A stretch of 54,619 bases of DNA, filler included, from Squatina squatina (taxonomy: Eukaryota), in the NCBI GenBank assembly GCA_031763465.1. It is 4 parts of 4 records of this genome, joined end to end, with 100 filler letters (N's around TTAATTAATTAA, not from the genome) between each part and the next. Parts side by side here need not be neighbours in the genome. Positions count along the whole stretch, not along the records: positions 12,054 to 25,068 come from JARFOE010000192.1; positions 25,169 to 40,855 come from JARFOE010000080.1; 2 more parts are not named here. The stretch is one strand, 5' to 3'. The stretch's first letter is position 1, and the number at the start of each line of letters is the position of its first letter. Positions 13,343 to 25,308 of the stretch are shown here, piece after piece. Under the pieces are notes generated by a model. That model did no database searches. It saw only the letters and a list, made by a program, of their open reading frames with translations, and was not told the origin of the DNA. Made by a program: the position numbers and the translations under genes.

Positions 13343-13440
13343 CAAAAAATGCTGGAAAAACTCAGCAGGTCAGGCAGCATCTGTGGAGAGAAAAACATAG
13401 TCAATGTTCCGGGTTGATGACCCTTCGTCAGAACTGAAAA
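13343..13440 (-). mobile_element. Penelope-type terminal repeat with degenerate hammerhead ribozyme core
   Basis: The minus strand reads CAGTT-CTGACGA-A-GGGTCATCAACCC-GGAAC-ATTGACT...tctctccacagatgctgcctgacctgctgagtttttccagcatt. CUGANGA and stem II are present, but the core GAAA reads GGAA. Confidence 0.6.
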
Positions 13441-16400
13441 AAGCCAGAAATACAGCAAGTTTTAAAGCACNNNNNNNNNNNNNNNNNNNNNNNNNNNNNN
13501 NNNNNNNNNNNNNNNNNNNNNNNNNNNNNNNNNNNNNNNNNNNNNNNNNNNNNNNNNNNNNNNNNNNNNNAACGCCTCTCAGGTGTAGCCAAAATGGTGA
13601 ATGATGAGTTGTCGAACATCCACTTATAGCCAACATAGTTTGAAATTTGAGTTTTTCGAAACAGATGAATGTTGGATGGATGAATGAATGTTTCTTATTT
13701 TGAGCGATTCAAGAATCAAAAGTGTAAGCGCAAACTATCACGTTGTCGATGCGACTAGCTGCTCCAGAGTTATTGGAAAACGGCAGGGGTTCCGCCACGC
13801 CTTTGAAGGACAGGATCCAGGGAAGCCAAGATGTCGCCGTCAGCGAAAAGTTGTTGAGCGGGGGGAGTAGCAGGCCATCAGCCGTCAGCGTCAGCTAGAA
13901 CGCTGTTGACCCGGGGGGGGGGGGGTAGGGGGGGGGGAAGATTGACCCACAATAATAAATCTTGCCAAGCAGTGTGGATACTGACAATATTTGCAGCTTT
14001 ATGTTTCTGATTGTGTGCAGAATCTAAACAGTCAACAAGTGCAGCAGGTTCTAATCTGGAGTTAGTCTCGATTAAAATGAACACCCATGAATTCAAATAG
14101 TTTTTTCATGGATTCTCGTTGCGCACACATACAAAAAGTTCCCTCATAACCTTGGAGCAAATGGAATTTGCACATTGTGGAGGAGGAACACCACACATGC
14201 CAAATAAAATGACACCCTGGCGAAACTATGTTTGCATTAACTGAAAGTTATTACACCATCATGGCACTGGATTGCCACAAAAAATGTTAACAATTCAATT
14301 GACATGAAAATGTACAAAGTGTTGCCTCGGTATAAAGATCAGATTATAAATAGGAGTGAAACTGACATTTCCCATCAAAATCCACTACCAAAGCATCGTA
14401 AGATGTCTCTGCATGATTAATGCAAAAAACTGCACGCAATTAGCAAAAAAACATTTGTATTTCAACAGCACAGCAGCCAATTCAGCGCACATCTCAACAA
14501 GGACACCAACCAAAAAGAAATGCAGATTGTAATCTATCAAAGTTGGCCATTAATCCTCTCTGGTCAGGACTATTCAAATGTTAACCGTTTTCAGTCACAA
14601 GCCAAAACATTTGTCCTGCAGCCAGCACATAAAGATACTGGCCTGTTGCGGGTGATTGATCTGAAAGGTAATTTGAATGGAGGATGTTATGTACATCCTT
14701 TCAATGAAATTACAGTGACAGACCAGATGAGGTTCCCATGATGTATCACCTAGCTGCAGAAAGCAGTCGACACTCCACTAAATGGTAGGTTTTTGTAGGA
14801 TTTTTTTTCTGTAACTTTTTCTTTTACAATGTGAGGTTCAGTTAGATCAGAATGATACACAGTAAAAATCTGATGAGAGCATAGTGGCTAATATCACCAA
14901 TTGCCATAAATATCGCAATTTTTAAAAGTCGCATGTTATCTCCACCCACCTGCTGCAAGAGGTATTTCATCTTTTCATAATGCTTTGATCGGATCAGGTT
15001 TCCAGGATATTTTTATTCTCTCCTTACCTGGAATCATTGAACACTCTATCATGTTAAAGTATCTCAAAGCACTTCACAGTAAATGAGATGTCAAACAAGG
15101 TCCCAACTGTCTCTTCAAGTTGCTGTTAAGAGATTTTGCGGCATTATTTAAAGAAAAGCAGAAAAGTTCTCCGAAGGGATCATTTTAATTTCCCTTTACA
15201 TTTGATTTTTGTCAGATCTGTGGCAGGCAGACATGGGAAACAGCCAAATATGGATGCAAAATGGTCACCCAAGGCAATGCGCATGCCAGAAGAGGCAGGC
15301 CCTAGGACTGCCTGTTATTGGTCCTTATCAACCTAACACTGACAAGCTATGAGCACCATTTGAGCATCTCAACGTACCTTGCCAGTTGGGCTGGGGGGAA
15401 AATTGGCCAGCTTGGATGAATCCAAGGTTGTGAGGTGAACGGGAGGAGGGCAAGCGTGGGCCAGCAGTGACCCACAGTATTACTGTGAAGCAGGAGGAGC
15501 ACTTACCAAATTAAAATAATNNNNNNNNNNNNNNNNNNNNNNNNNNNNNNNNNNNNNNNNNNNNNNNNNNNNNNNNNNNNNNNNNNNNNNNNNNNNNNNN
15601 NNNNNNNNNNNNNNNNNNNNATGCTGGGTATTGTTCACATATTAGTGATGCCCACACTGAAATATTAATAACTGTGACTTCATCTCTACAAGTTTATTGA
15701 GCAACAATTAACAGTTGATTGCTGGCAAGCAGTGCAGTCAACACAAATGAGAAATTATCAATCCAATTGAAGAGGGAGATCTTGTCATGCACCAACGGTT
15801 AAACATTTCAATAGTTCATATAAATCTTTAACCTATTGACTTTTGAAAAGATCTGTCCTTTTATTACCGCAGTTGCTGACACTAATCTCTTGACTGCTTC
15901 ACACACACTATAGAGTTGCTCAGGTGACACCTCACAATTCAGCAGGGCAGCAAAGGTGAGAATACAATTTAAGCACAGTCTTGAGCATACGACATAACAT
16001 AACATTATGTAAATTATACACTCAGTGCACTACTTGCAAATCATCAGTTGCAGATTACCAAATGGTAAGCCTACTCCCAGTCGTTAAAATTATTTAAAAA
16101 TTCAATGTTATTTAGCACTTTATTTCCACTTTATTGTGTTATTTACATTGCTTTATTAAAGTTATTGTATAATTCCATTTTATTTTAGTGCATCAAATGG
16201 CTTTGAATGATGTGAGATTATGTCATTATACATCCATCAAGTGTTTGATGCCGTTCTCATTGAGCGTCTCACACTGTAAATCGGCGTCCAGACGACATCC
16301 CCCACCAGCAAAAATAGAATAGAACCATCCCAGTTATCTATTGAACATTAAAAGGAACAGCCGATACATTTAAGTTACATCAAGGCTATTATCTAATTTC

Positions 16401-16899
16401 AGGTTTTCATGACATCATCATCACATTCCTAAGCCTTTGACTGATATTATTGTCATGTATTTACCCTCATGTATCCATAATTGTCTATAGGGCTCAAATC
16501 ATGCTGTGCAATATTAGTAAGGAACATTTATATCAAATTCCGCAAATTACTATTTTACCACAGGAACATGGGAATGTACAGACATGGAAAGGCCACTGTT
16601 CATACCGTTGAATTGAACAAAGTTGGGTTATTGTCTTTTTTTAAAGGGTGAACAGATGAATTTCATACAAATGTGTTAACATGTTTGTCACTAATATAGG
16701 ACAGCATGATTTCCATACATATAAGTTAGTCAAGAGAAGCCTTCAAATGATCTGACTGGAGAAAATGGGCGCACCCTTGGCACGTGTATAGCTGGAGGCN
16801 NNNNNNNNNNNNNNNNNNNNNNNNNNNNNNNNNNNNNNNNNNNNNNNNNNNNNNNNNNNNNNNNNNNNNNNNNNNNNNNNNNNNNNNNNNNNNNNNNNN

Positions 16900-17420
16900 G
16901 GGGCCAGGAACTTGGAAACTGTTAAAGTGGTAGAGGAAGAGTCACAGATGTAGGTGGGAAGAGACTGGACAAGGGGAGAAAAAATAGAATCGAGATAGGA
17001 AGAAATCAGTTCCATGAGGCAAAAACAGGCTGAAACGATGGGTCGACCGGGGCATTTCGGTTTGTGGATCTTGGGAAGGAGGTAGAAGCGGGCTGTGCGG
17101 GGTTGGGGAACCATGAGGTTGACGGCCATGGAGGGTAGATCTCCAGAGGAGGTGAGGTCATTGATGGTCTGCGAGATGATGGCTTGATGTTCAGTAGTGG
17201 GGTCATGGTCCAGGGGGAGGTAGGAGGAGGTGTCAGAGAGTTGGCTTTCGGCTTCTGCAAGGTAGAGGTCGGAGTGCCAAACAATAACAGCACCACCCAT
17301 GTCAGCAAGTTTAATGACAATGTTGGGTTTGGATCTGGGAGAACGGAGTGCATCGAGTTCAGAAGGTGGTAGGTTAGAGTGAGTGAGGGGAGCAGAGAAA
17401 TTAAGACGGCCGATGACAAT
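16900..17420 (-). mobile_element. Penelope-like element RT N-terminal fragment
   Basis: SNL..SE..AL.S....NIVIKLADMGGAVIVW (cf. PADKGG), Y..L..DPT, RFYLLPKIHKP..PGRPIVS, diagnostic of PLE reverse transcriptases. Truncated by an N gap. Confidence 0.9.
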
Positions 17421-19290
17421 GTAAATGTATTCCACGTGAAAAGTTCATGGAATAGTTATTATTATTTCTAGCATTCTTGTCTAATCTGACAAAAGTCAGT
17501 GAAAATAAATCAATTTACTTGCAAATCTGCCTGTTTAGTGTTATTGTGTAAAATAATACTACTTATGCTTCACAACCTGTTGTCTCTTTTGGCACATTGC
17601 TAGCTCCAGAGTTTGGCACATAATAAATTGATGTTAAATTTCCCATCTAAGTGATGGCATCGAATAATTGTACAATGCAAGTAAGATAGCTGACGGTTAG
17701 AAATTCTTTTTTTTTTTGGAAATTCTTTTACATAGTATGTACAATAATAGCAGCAATAGCTCCAGAGCATTTTCTGAATTGCTTGTTCTATATGCAATCA
17801 TTAAACAGTTTTGAGCAGAGAGTCTGAAGATATATTTACACTGTAAGTTTCTCTGATAGTGTAAAGTGATTTCAGCTTCACACCAACACTAAACTAGCAA
17901 TGTGAATCCAGACCCACTAAATCAGAAATATTTTGCCAACTAAAAGTACACTATTTGATTAAAATCTATAATAATGTTTTAATAAAGCACAATTTGAAGT
18001 GCTTATTTTTCCTCCCACCTACCACCTGTGTGTCGGCTGAGATCGCTGCAGCTGCAGTGTCTAGCTGTAGGTGAAGAGGGGTGTGAGTCTCTGAAAGGAA
18101 CAGTAACACAATGCTATGGTTTGACATCAAATGGAGTGTAAATTCAGTGCAGTGTCAACCTGGTTTACAAAGTTGGACTCCCTGAGCACTTTGTATCACC
18201 ATTTAACTTAAATATTTTGATTGTGGTGATTTTGGAGGAGAGATCTGTCCAGACTCTTTCCCAGGCAAGACTGTTATCGGTCCAGTCAGGCTGTAACTAC
18301 AGTTTTGCTTAGCTGGAACTCAGACCACAAGCTATTGGTCTCAGAGTGATAGCTGGAGTATAAATGCACCCTAAATCTTCTTGTAATGTTGGGATAGGAT
18401 CATGGACAATTTGAAGTTCACCTTTTGGTAAATCCCAGCTTTTGCTGCATATCCTATAAATGTAGATACACCACTATCCAGGGGTTGCAAGCATAGCAAA
18501 CTGAATAGACAAAATCTTACCATCACAACAACATACCTGGGGAGAAATCCCAGATGTGATAGCCACACAGGTTTATGCAAATGTCAGCACACAGGGTTCT
18601 ATTAATAATTTATTGTACACAGTACAACTTTACAAAATATTTTTCTTGTGGAAGCTTGTGAAAAGTATGGTAAAGATTTTCCACTTCTGTGATTGCTAGT
18701 CCAGAATTCACTTTAATGGGTAGAAAATCATAGACTGGCGACTGCAAGTATGGAAAACCATGGCCTATGATTTACTTCCTCATATTCTATCATCTATCCT
18801 CATCCCAGTCTATTAAAGATTTTCAAATATGTTTTGAATGTTTTGCATGAACTCTTTAATTGACTTTAATATTCTTTATCAATTAAAGAATATGATGTGC
18901 CATATTCCCAGGCTACTGTAAATGCCACTTTGTTTCATAGATTTTTTGGTTCACATAATTCCAACAAATATGAAAGAATATATTGCTAAAGTGTATAAAC
19001 TGGGTAAATAATGAAGTGCGCCGTGTTCCACATGACAGCTTATTGCTGGTTGCATACTGAATGATTACATCTTACTTTCTCCAGGGTTCGATGTCTGATG
19101 GATGTCTGTCAGATCGGAACTGATTAGATTGACATGAACAGCACAGAAATGTCCTGAGGGTTGATCTATTCGACCCTTGAAACTGATAGANNNNNNNNNN
19201 NNNNNNNNNNNNNNNNNNNNNNNNNNNNNNNNNNNNNNNNNNNNNNNNNNNNNNNNNNNNNNNNNNNNNNNNNNNNNNNNNNNNNNNNNN

Positions 19291-21689
19291 CCCGCCACTC
19301 CCACTCCATTATTGCCGCTGTCTAGGCCTGTCACCCAGGCAGCCCAGACTGCAGCCACTGAGCTTGAAGTGGTGCAGTCTGCAACCGGGCCTTCCAGACC
19401 CAGAGCTGGTCAAGGGTATCCTAGAAGGCCATCTGTAGTCTCAGAGCCTGACATACAGCAGCCTTCTACCAGTCATGCTGCAGCCACATGAGAGTCACTG
19501 CGGAGAAGTAGCTGAATAATTGATCGAAAAAGGGGCTATAAGGATGTGCACAAGGGTGATGTTTGATTTATGTCTTGATTTTCTGAAAGTATTGTGTAAC
19601 TAAATTTGATGTTATTGGTCTTTTCACTTTATTGATCCACTGAATGAAGGGCGGCTGAAATTGTTGATGGCTAGGAGCATAGTGAGGGGGAAGTGTGCTG
19701 CCATTCATTGGAAGCGAGCTTGTATGAGGTCATACCAGGCTTCCCTTGCAGGATCACGGTGGTCTCTGCTCTTCCTCTTTGGCTGCTGCTGGTGCTCCTG
19801 CTCCTCTTCGTCCTCCTACTGCTGCTCATGCTCCTGCTCCTCCAGGTGCTCCTCCTCCTCATCATCGTCATTGTCAGGTCCTGCTGCCATGTCTGGTGGT
19901 GGCGGCTGTGCTCTCATGATGGCAAGGTCGTGCAGCTTGCAGCAGACAACAGCGAAAATGGACACCCTTTCAGTCTAGTACTGCAAGGCTCCATCTGATG
20001 GTCAAGGCAGTGGAAATGCTTCTTGAGCACTCCAATGCTCTGCTCAATGATGTTCCTGGTAGCGGCATAGCTCTCATTGTAGGGCTGGAGTGTTGGGGTT
20101 GCGGAGGAGGGTCATGAGCCAGGTGCATAACGGATATTCCTGGTCACCGAGCAGCCTGCCATGATGCTGATTTGGTGGCTGGAAGAGTGCTGGCACACCG
20201 CTCTGGTGCAGGATGAATGCATCGTGGCTGCTGCCAGGATCGCGGGCATCCACCGTCATAATCTGTTGTATGTGGTTGCACAACAAATGTACATTGAATG
20301 AGTGGAATTCTTTGTGGTTGCAGAAGATCTCTGGATTTTGCTGGGGTGCTCTCAACATGACGTGGGTGCAGTCTATGGCACTCTGCACTATGGGGAAGCC
20401 CGCCATCCTAGAGAACCCAACTGCTCGCTCATGCTGCTTCTCCCTGTTCATAGGAAAAGAGATGTACTGACTCCTCCTTCTGTACAGAGCATTAGTGACC
20501 TCTCAGATGGAGCAATGGATGGCAAAATGGGAGACGTTTGAGATGTCTCCGATGGCACCTTGGAAGGAGTCATTGGCGTAAAGATTGAGAGCTATCATGA
20601 TCTTCACTGCCACAGAGAGAGCTGTTCTCACCCTAATATGTGACTCGAGGTCTTGAAGCAGATGGCACAGCTCTGTGATCATGTCCTTCCTGAAGTGAAG
20701 CTTTCGCACACACCGCTCGTCTGTGAAATACATGTAAGTGAAATGCATTTAAGAGAAGTGCTGGTGGAAGATTCTGCGAGGGTATGGCCTCCTGTTGCCA
20801 ACCCTGCACTGCCTTCTTCCTATTGCAGGATCCTCTTCTGGTTGTGCCTCTGGAGGTGTAGGTGGTTGTGCCTCTGGAGGTTTAACTGCCTCCTCGTCCA
20901 TGACTCCTTGCCTGCTTCTCACCCTTTCCCTTTGGCCTTCCCTCATCCATTCCCTGTGTCCCTGTGTCACCCTTTCTCTGTCCCTCTCCCTATACATGTT
21001 TCTCTGCACTTGTGCCTGCCCCCTCTCCTTCTGCATGCACCTTATTAGGTTCCTCTCCATGATGAACTATGGTTCACCCTCTGCTTCTTCATTCCAGATT
21101 GGAGCTTTTGCCCGTGCTGTTGCTCTCTTCAGCGAAGAAACCTCTGATAGGAAAGATGCAGGAGATAGTCAACTGACAGCACCGCACCCCTGAGTGCACA
21201 TGACCGTTTTTTGAAGCATTGTATAAACAGTTACAAAGTTCAGTACAAAAGATGCTGAACAGCACTTCAATAATAAGTCATTGGTCTGAGGCCCAAAACT
21301 ATCGCCAAGATTTTTGCGATTTAGCCAAGACAAAATGGCTGCCATGATAGCGCCTTTAAATAGTGTTGGTGCTTCCAATTTGTGGCAGGACAGCGACAGC
21401 TTTTGCTGTTGATGTCTTCACTGCCCTTTGACGTCAAGGGCACCGACCAATTCCGATCCAGGGACACACACTGGGCGATGCGCACAGTGATGATGCATCA
21501 TCACTGTGCGCCAACATTCCGGACGCTGCCGGCAGGAGGGGGCGCTAGCTGTCAGAGCCTCTACAAACCAGCGGACCAATTCAGCGGGAGGCAGCGGTAG
21601 CGCCTCCAATGGAAGCAAAGGCCTTATCGCCCTGTTATCTCCTCCGGGAGGTGCTAACGGGGTGTTCTTGAAGCACCAATAGTGCCCCC
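19291..21689. mobile_element. Decayed autonomous-type PIF/Harbinger transposon (one end in a gap)
   Basis: HARBI1-like transposase on the minus strand. A convergent Pro/Ser/Ala-rich ORF tail on the plus strand (19291-19491) is probably the second (Myb/SANT) ORF. The terminus CCAATAGTGCCCCC is followed by TTA, a TWA-type target. Confidence 0.85.
19705..21060 (-). pseudogene. HARBI1-like DDE transposase pseudogene
   Basis: RRPYPRRIF, LSVAVKIMIALNLYANDSFQ..IGD, AGFPIVQSAIDCTHV, N..FHSFNVHLLC, PGSSHDAFIL, LLGDQEYPL..WLMT, TRNIIEQSIGVLK and an acidic tail. In-frame stops at ~20749, 20503 and 20074, plus frameshifts. Confidence 0.9.
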
Positions 21690-21764
21690 TTACTATCTTT
21701 AATTTGTGATAAAATTTTGGGAGAACAGCAGGCATAAAAGAAAGATTAATTGCTATGCAAGCAA

Positions 21765-22060
21765 AAACATTTTGTAAAACCCTGCAAATTCTGGAAATTT
21801 GAAACGAAAACAGAAAATGTTGGAAATGCACAGATCTGTCAGCCTCTGTGAAGAGAAAAGACAAGTTAACATTTCAGATGTAGCCCTTCATCAGAATAGA
21901 TAACTGGAGTATCTTGCTTATCCTCCATTGTTCAGTTCTGACAGAGGGTTATATATGAAATGTTAACTTGTCTTTGCTTTATGCAAGTACTGGTTGATCT
22001 GTGGAGTATTTCTAGCATTTTCAATTTTTATTTCAGATTTCCAGCATTTGTAGAGCTTTT
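21765..22060. repeat. Inverted pair of Penelope-type terminal repeats, each with a hammerhead-like core
   Basis: The left arm (minus: CTGATGA-AGGGCTACATCT-GAAA-TGTTAACTTGTC) and right arm (plus: CTGACAG-AGGGTTATATAT-GAAA-TGTTAACTTGTC) are ~130-nt imperfect reverse complements around a ~40-nt spacer. Confidence 0.7.
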
Positions 22061-23818
22061 TTCTTTTTATTTAGAAACAGAACCAAACCTAGCGCAAGTG
22101 TAAAGCATATTAGAAAAAGGGAATGAACATTTTGCAGTGTTAGTGGAAAAAGGATAATCTCAGCCATTGTTTTTGGCTCAATTGCTTTTAGTGTTGCATG
22201 TTCAATTGGCCTTAAATATTCAATAACCTTCATGAAAAAAAAAATCTCACATTTCCTGTACCATTTGTTTAATCCTCTGCTAAAGATAGTTTTTTTTGTC
22301 ATTTTATGCAGGCTATGATCTAATGCTGTTTAAGCAGGTTAAGGCAAGCACTATAATCTATTAAGAATTTTTGCAGTTCATAATATACTTTGCACTGCCT
22401 ACATTTTCCAACAAATTAAAGGATGCTACTTAATGTAAAATGGCTAGTGAGAAACACACACCCAATTTAACATTTTAAAACATCAACATTCAAGAGTCCA
22501 CCGTTAAGTGTAATTAAAAGAAGGCTCCTTTTAAATGTTTTTTCCCCAAATGCATCAGAAGCCATATTCAAATCAAGGGGAAGACCTTTCACCTACATGA
22601 GGCTATAATGGAGAGCTTAGCATAACTTCTGCCTGATTTCCAATTCAAATAGCAGCAGAGAGGTTCAGTGTGCCAATGCAGATTGGAGTTTATCCTTCTT
22701 TCACACCACAAGATTCTTCACGCTCTGGAAATATTTTGCTTATCAGTGAAAAGCAATGATCAACACCTCACATCCCAAANNNNNNNNNNNNNNNNNNNNN
22801 NNNNNNNNNNNNNNNNNNNNNNNNNNNNNNNNNNNNNNNNNNNNNNNNNNNNNNNNNNNNNNNNNNNNNNNNNNNNNNNTCCACTGCTTTTCTGCTGGAG
22901 TTACAGTGGGAAAGCGGCACAACCTCTGAGTTCTTAGCTTTGATTGACATAATATTTCTGGTGTGAAAGGATATTAGTTGTATGAACTGCCCCGCTCTCT
23001 TTTTCAATTGCACACAACATTCTTTGGATGGTAGATGTCCACTATATTTATTCAACAGCTTAAATCAGAAATGAAGTGACAGTGTGGCTAATATGAAAAA
23101 ATAAATTAAATGTCTACCTACCACAAGTACTAAATCAATTCCATAATATGACTAAAGATTGAATAGCATCATTTTTATTATGATACACAGAATACTGTTA
23201 CTGTGATCTTCCATCTTGTAATGGATTGCATTTATAAACTAAGTAGATTTTTTTTAAATGAAAGCATTTTGCACCACAAATTATGTTCTTAACATGTAGA
23301 TGATGAAGTATAATTAAAAGATATTCATCAAAATGATTCTAACTAAAAAGGAATTTTCTTCAGAGCTGGTATTCGATTCTATAACATTTTCATGCCACAG
23401 TGGAAGGTCAGAAGAAAGCACAACTGGGAACAGAAGCAATAAATAATTTGTGCTATGAAGTGATGTGTTGCCAAGAACAAAATGCATCATTTTTTTTACA
23501 GTGACAATTTATATTTTGCATATAAATAAAACATTAAGCATGCTGCAAATACTGTAATTCCCAGTGAAGGAGAGTAAGTTAGATTACCTTCCATAAGAAT
23601 GGTCTTCCTTATCCTTTGTAAGATGACCTACCTTCATGTACATATAAGATATTATTGATATCTCATTAGCAAATTATGCAGGAATAATGTACCTTTAAAA
23701 AAAATTACCTTGAGTGGTCAGGCGATCTCCAGCCCTCCTCTGTATTCTGAACTGTACATGAAGCTCTTCCCCGGGGAGGCAGCATTGAGACCAAAGTAAC
23801 ATTTAAGGTGAAGCTTAG

Positions 23819-23942
23819 AGTCATAGAAATTTACAGCATGGAAGGAGGCGATTCGGCCCATCATGTCCGTGCCGGCCAACAAAGAGCTATCCTGCCTAAC
23901 CCCACTTTCCAGCACTGGGCCTGTAGCCTTGTAGGTTACTGC
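23819..23942 (-). mobile_element. CR1 LINE 3' end
   Basis: tcatagaaatttacagcatggaaggaggcgattcggcccatc... is the reverse complement of a CR1 tail and 3'UTR. Confidence 0.75.
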
Positions 23943-24042
23943 NNNNNNNNNNNNNNNNNNNNNNNNNNNNNNNNNNNNNNNNNNNNNNNNNNNNNNNNNN
24001 NNNNNNNNNNNNNNNNNNNNNNNNNNNNNNNNNNNNNNNNNN

Positions 24043-24218
24043 TCACAGTGACGCGTTTATATTAGCGCCAGCGATTCCAGCATTGTGGGCTTTGCACCTG
24101 TTTAGCGCTGGCGCTAACGGCACCTGAATTTTGCGCCCGATTTTTAGCGCTAATTGTGGCCTAACGCCAGTTTCGCGCCGATTTGACGCCAGAAGTTTGA
24201 CCAGGAATTGGGCACCCC
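24043..24218. mobile_element. Harbinger-family terminus
   Basis: A CpG-rich subterminal region with repeated (t)agcgc/aacgcc motifs ends in GGAATTGGGCACCCC, matching the other TIRs in the window. It abuts a minus-strand CR1 fragment (~24220-24403). Confidence 0.6.
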
Positions 24219-25068
24219 TAGTCTCTCTTCATTAAAAAAAAATCAGATTTGTCTTCCTCAGATCCAAAGTGATTGATCTTACACTTCTCCACATAGATGT
24301 CCATCTGCCATAGTTTTGCCCACTCATCTGGTCTGTTTATCTCCCTTTGTAACTTCTTGCTCCCATTCGCACAAATTACTGTGCCTCATAACTTAGTATC
24401 ATCTGAGTCAGAGGTGATAGATTTCATTTACAGAGTGAATCTAAAGCTGTTCAGGGTCAGTAGGATATGGACCATTTCAAGTCTACTGCAAAGTCTGATG
24501 GAGTTGATTAATTTGTCGGAACTAAGCTTTGTCTTCTCCAGCTCGCTGAACAACTTCATTTCAGCTGATGAGTTCAAGTCAGGGTCAGAACAATCCGCAT
24601 ATCTGACAATTCAAGTAAATGGGAATTAATTTTATGAGTTAGTGCAAGGCAGCATAGTTAGAACTGAACAAAAAACTATTGTGTCAAACAAGCATCAAAC
24701 TAAAATTCATGTAGCATGTTGAAATACGTACTTCATGGCTGCATTCTTCTCCTACACTCTATGAGCTGTGTGTTCACACAAATAAATATAGCTATTAATA
24801 TATGGCCTGTCCTTCCAAAGCATTATGGTTTAACTCACAAATAATTGAATCTCTGCCGATTATGATCTCACTAAATTAATAGACCTTTCTTGTGTGATGT
24901 GAATGAACAGCCTGGGCCTCCACAGCTGTGTGCTGAAAAATTAATGTCCAGTTCAACTTTTATGTTCAGATAATAGCAAACTAGAGTGCGGCACTGGGTT
25001 AGTTCTCCAATACCAGTGCACATGGAAATTGTTAGAACTGATCTTAACAGAAACTGGTGATGTCTTTC

Positions 25069-25168
25069 NNNNNNNNNNNNNNNNNNNNNNNNNNNNNNNN
25101 NNNNNNNNNNNNTTAATTAATTAANNNNNNNNNNNNNNNNNNNNNNNNNNNNNNNNNNNNNNNNNNNN
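25069..25168. other. Artificial scaffold-joining spacer
   Basis: N44-TTAATTAATTAA-N44. Confidence 0.97.
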
Positions 25169-25308
25169 GAGGAGGAACAAGACTCAGACAAATGGAAGGA
25201 GAAAGCAGAGGATGGTGACAATGAAAAAGGAAAGTGGGAAAAACCATGCTGTCCAGGAAACTTGCAAGGAAAACGATCAGAGAATACACAGAAGGATGTC
25301 AAAGATAA
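25169..25308 (+). CDS. UPF3A: UPF3 regulator of nonsense-mediated decay, third-last exon (5'-truncated)
   Basis: EEEQDSDKWKEKAEDGDNEKGKWEKPCCPGNLQGKRSENTQKDVKD, ending AA|GTGAGT. The phase matches the next exon. Confidence 0.75.

Noticed and set aside
13912-13937. Poly-G run as a G-quadruplex element
   Set aside because: Homopolymer length is unreliable and there is no functional context.
14950-15027. Candidate minus-strand exon ending ...HYEKMKYLLQQ|gtgggt
   Set aside because: All three frames from the nearest acceptor contain stops.
15873-15955. Plus-strand segment with strong acceptor and donor signals
   Set aside because: Stops in all three frames and no supporting neighbours.
19661-19998. 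Cys/Ser- and Leu-rich ORFs resembling metallothionein or a membrane peptide
   Set aside because: These are antisense readings of the transposase's acidic (GAG/CAG-rich) tail.
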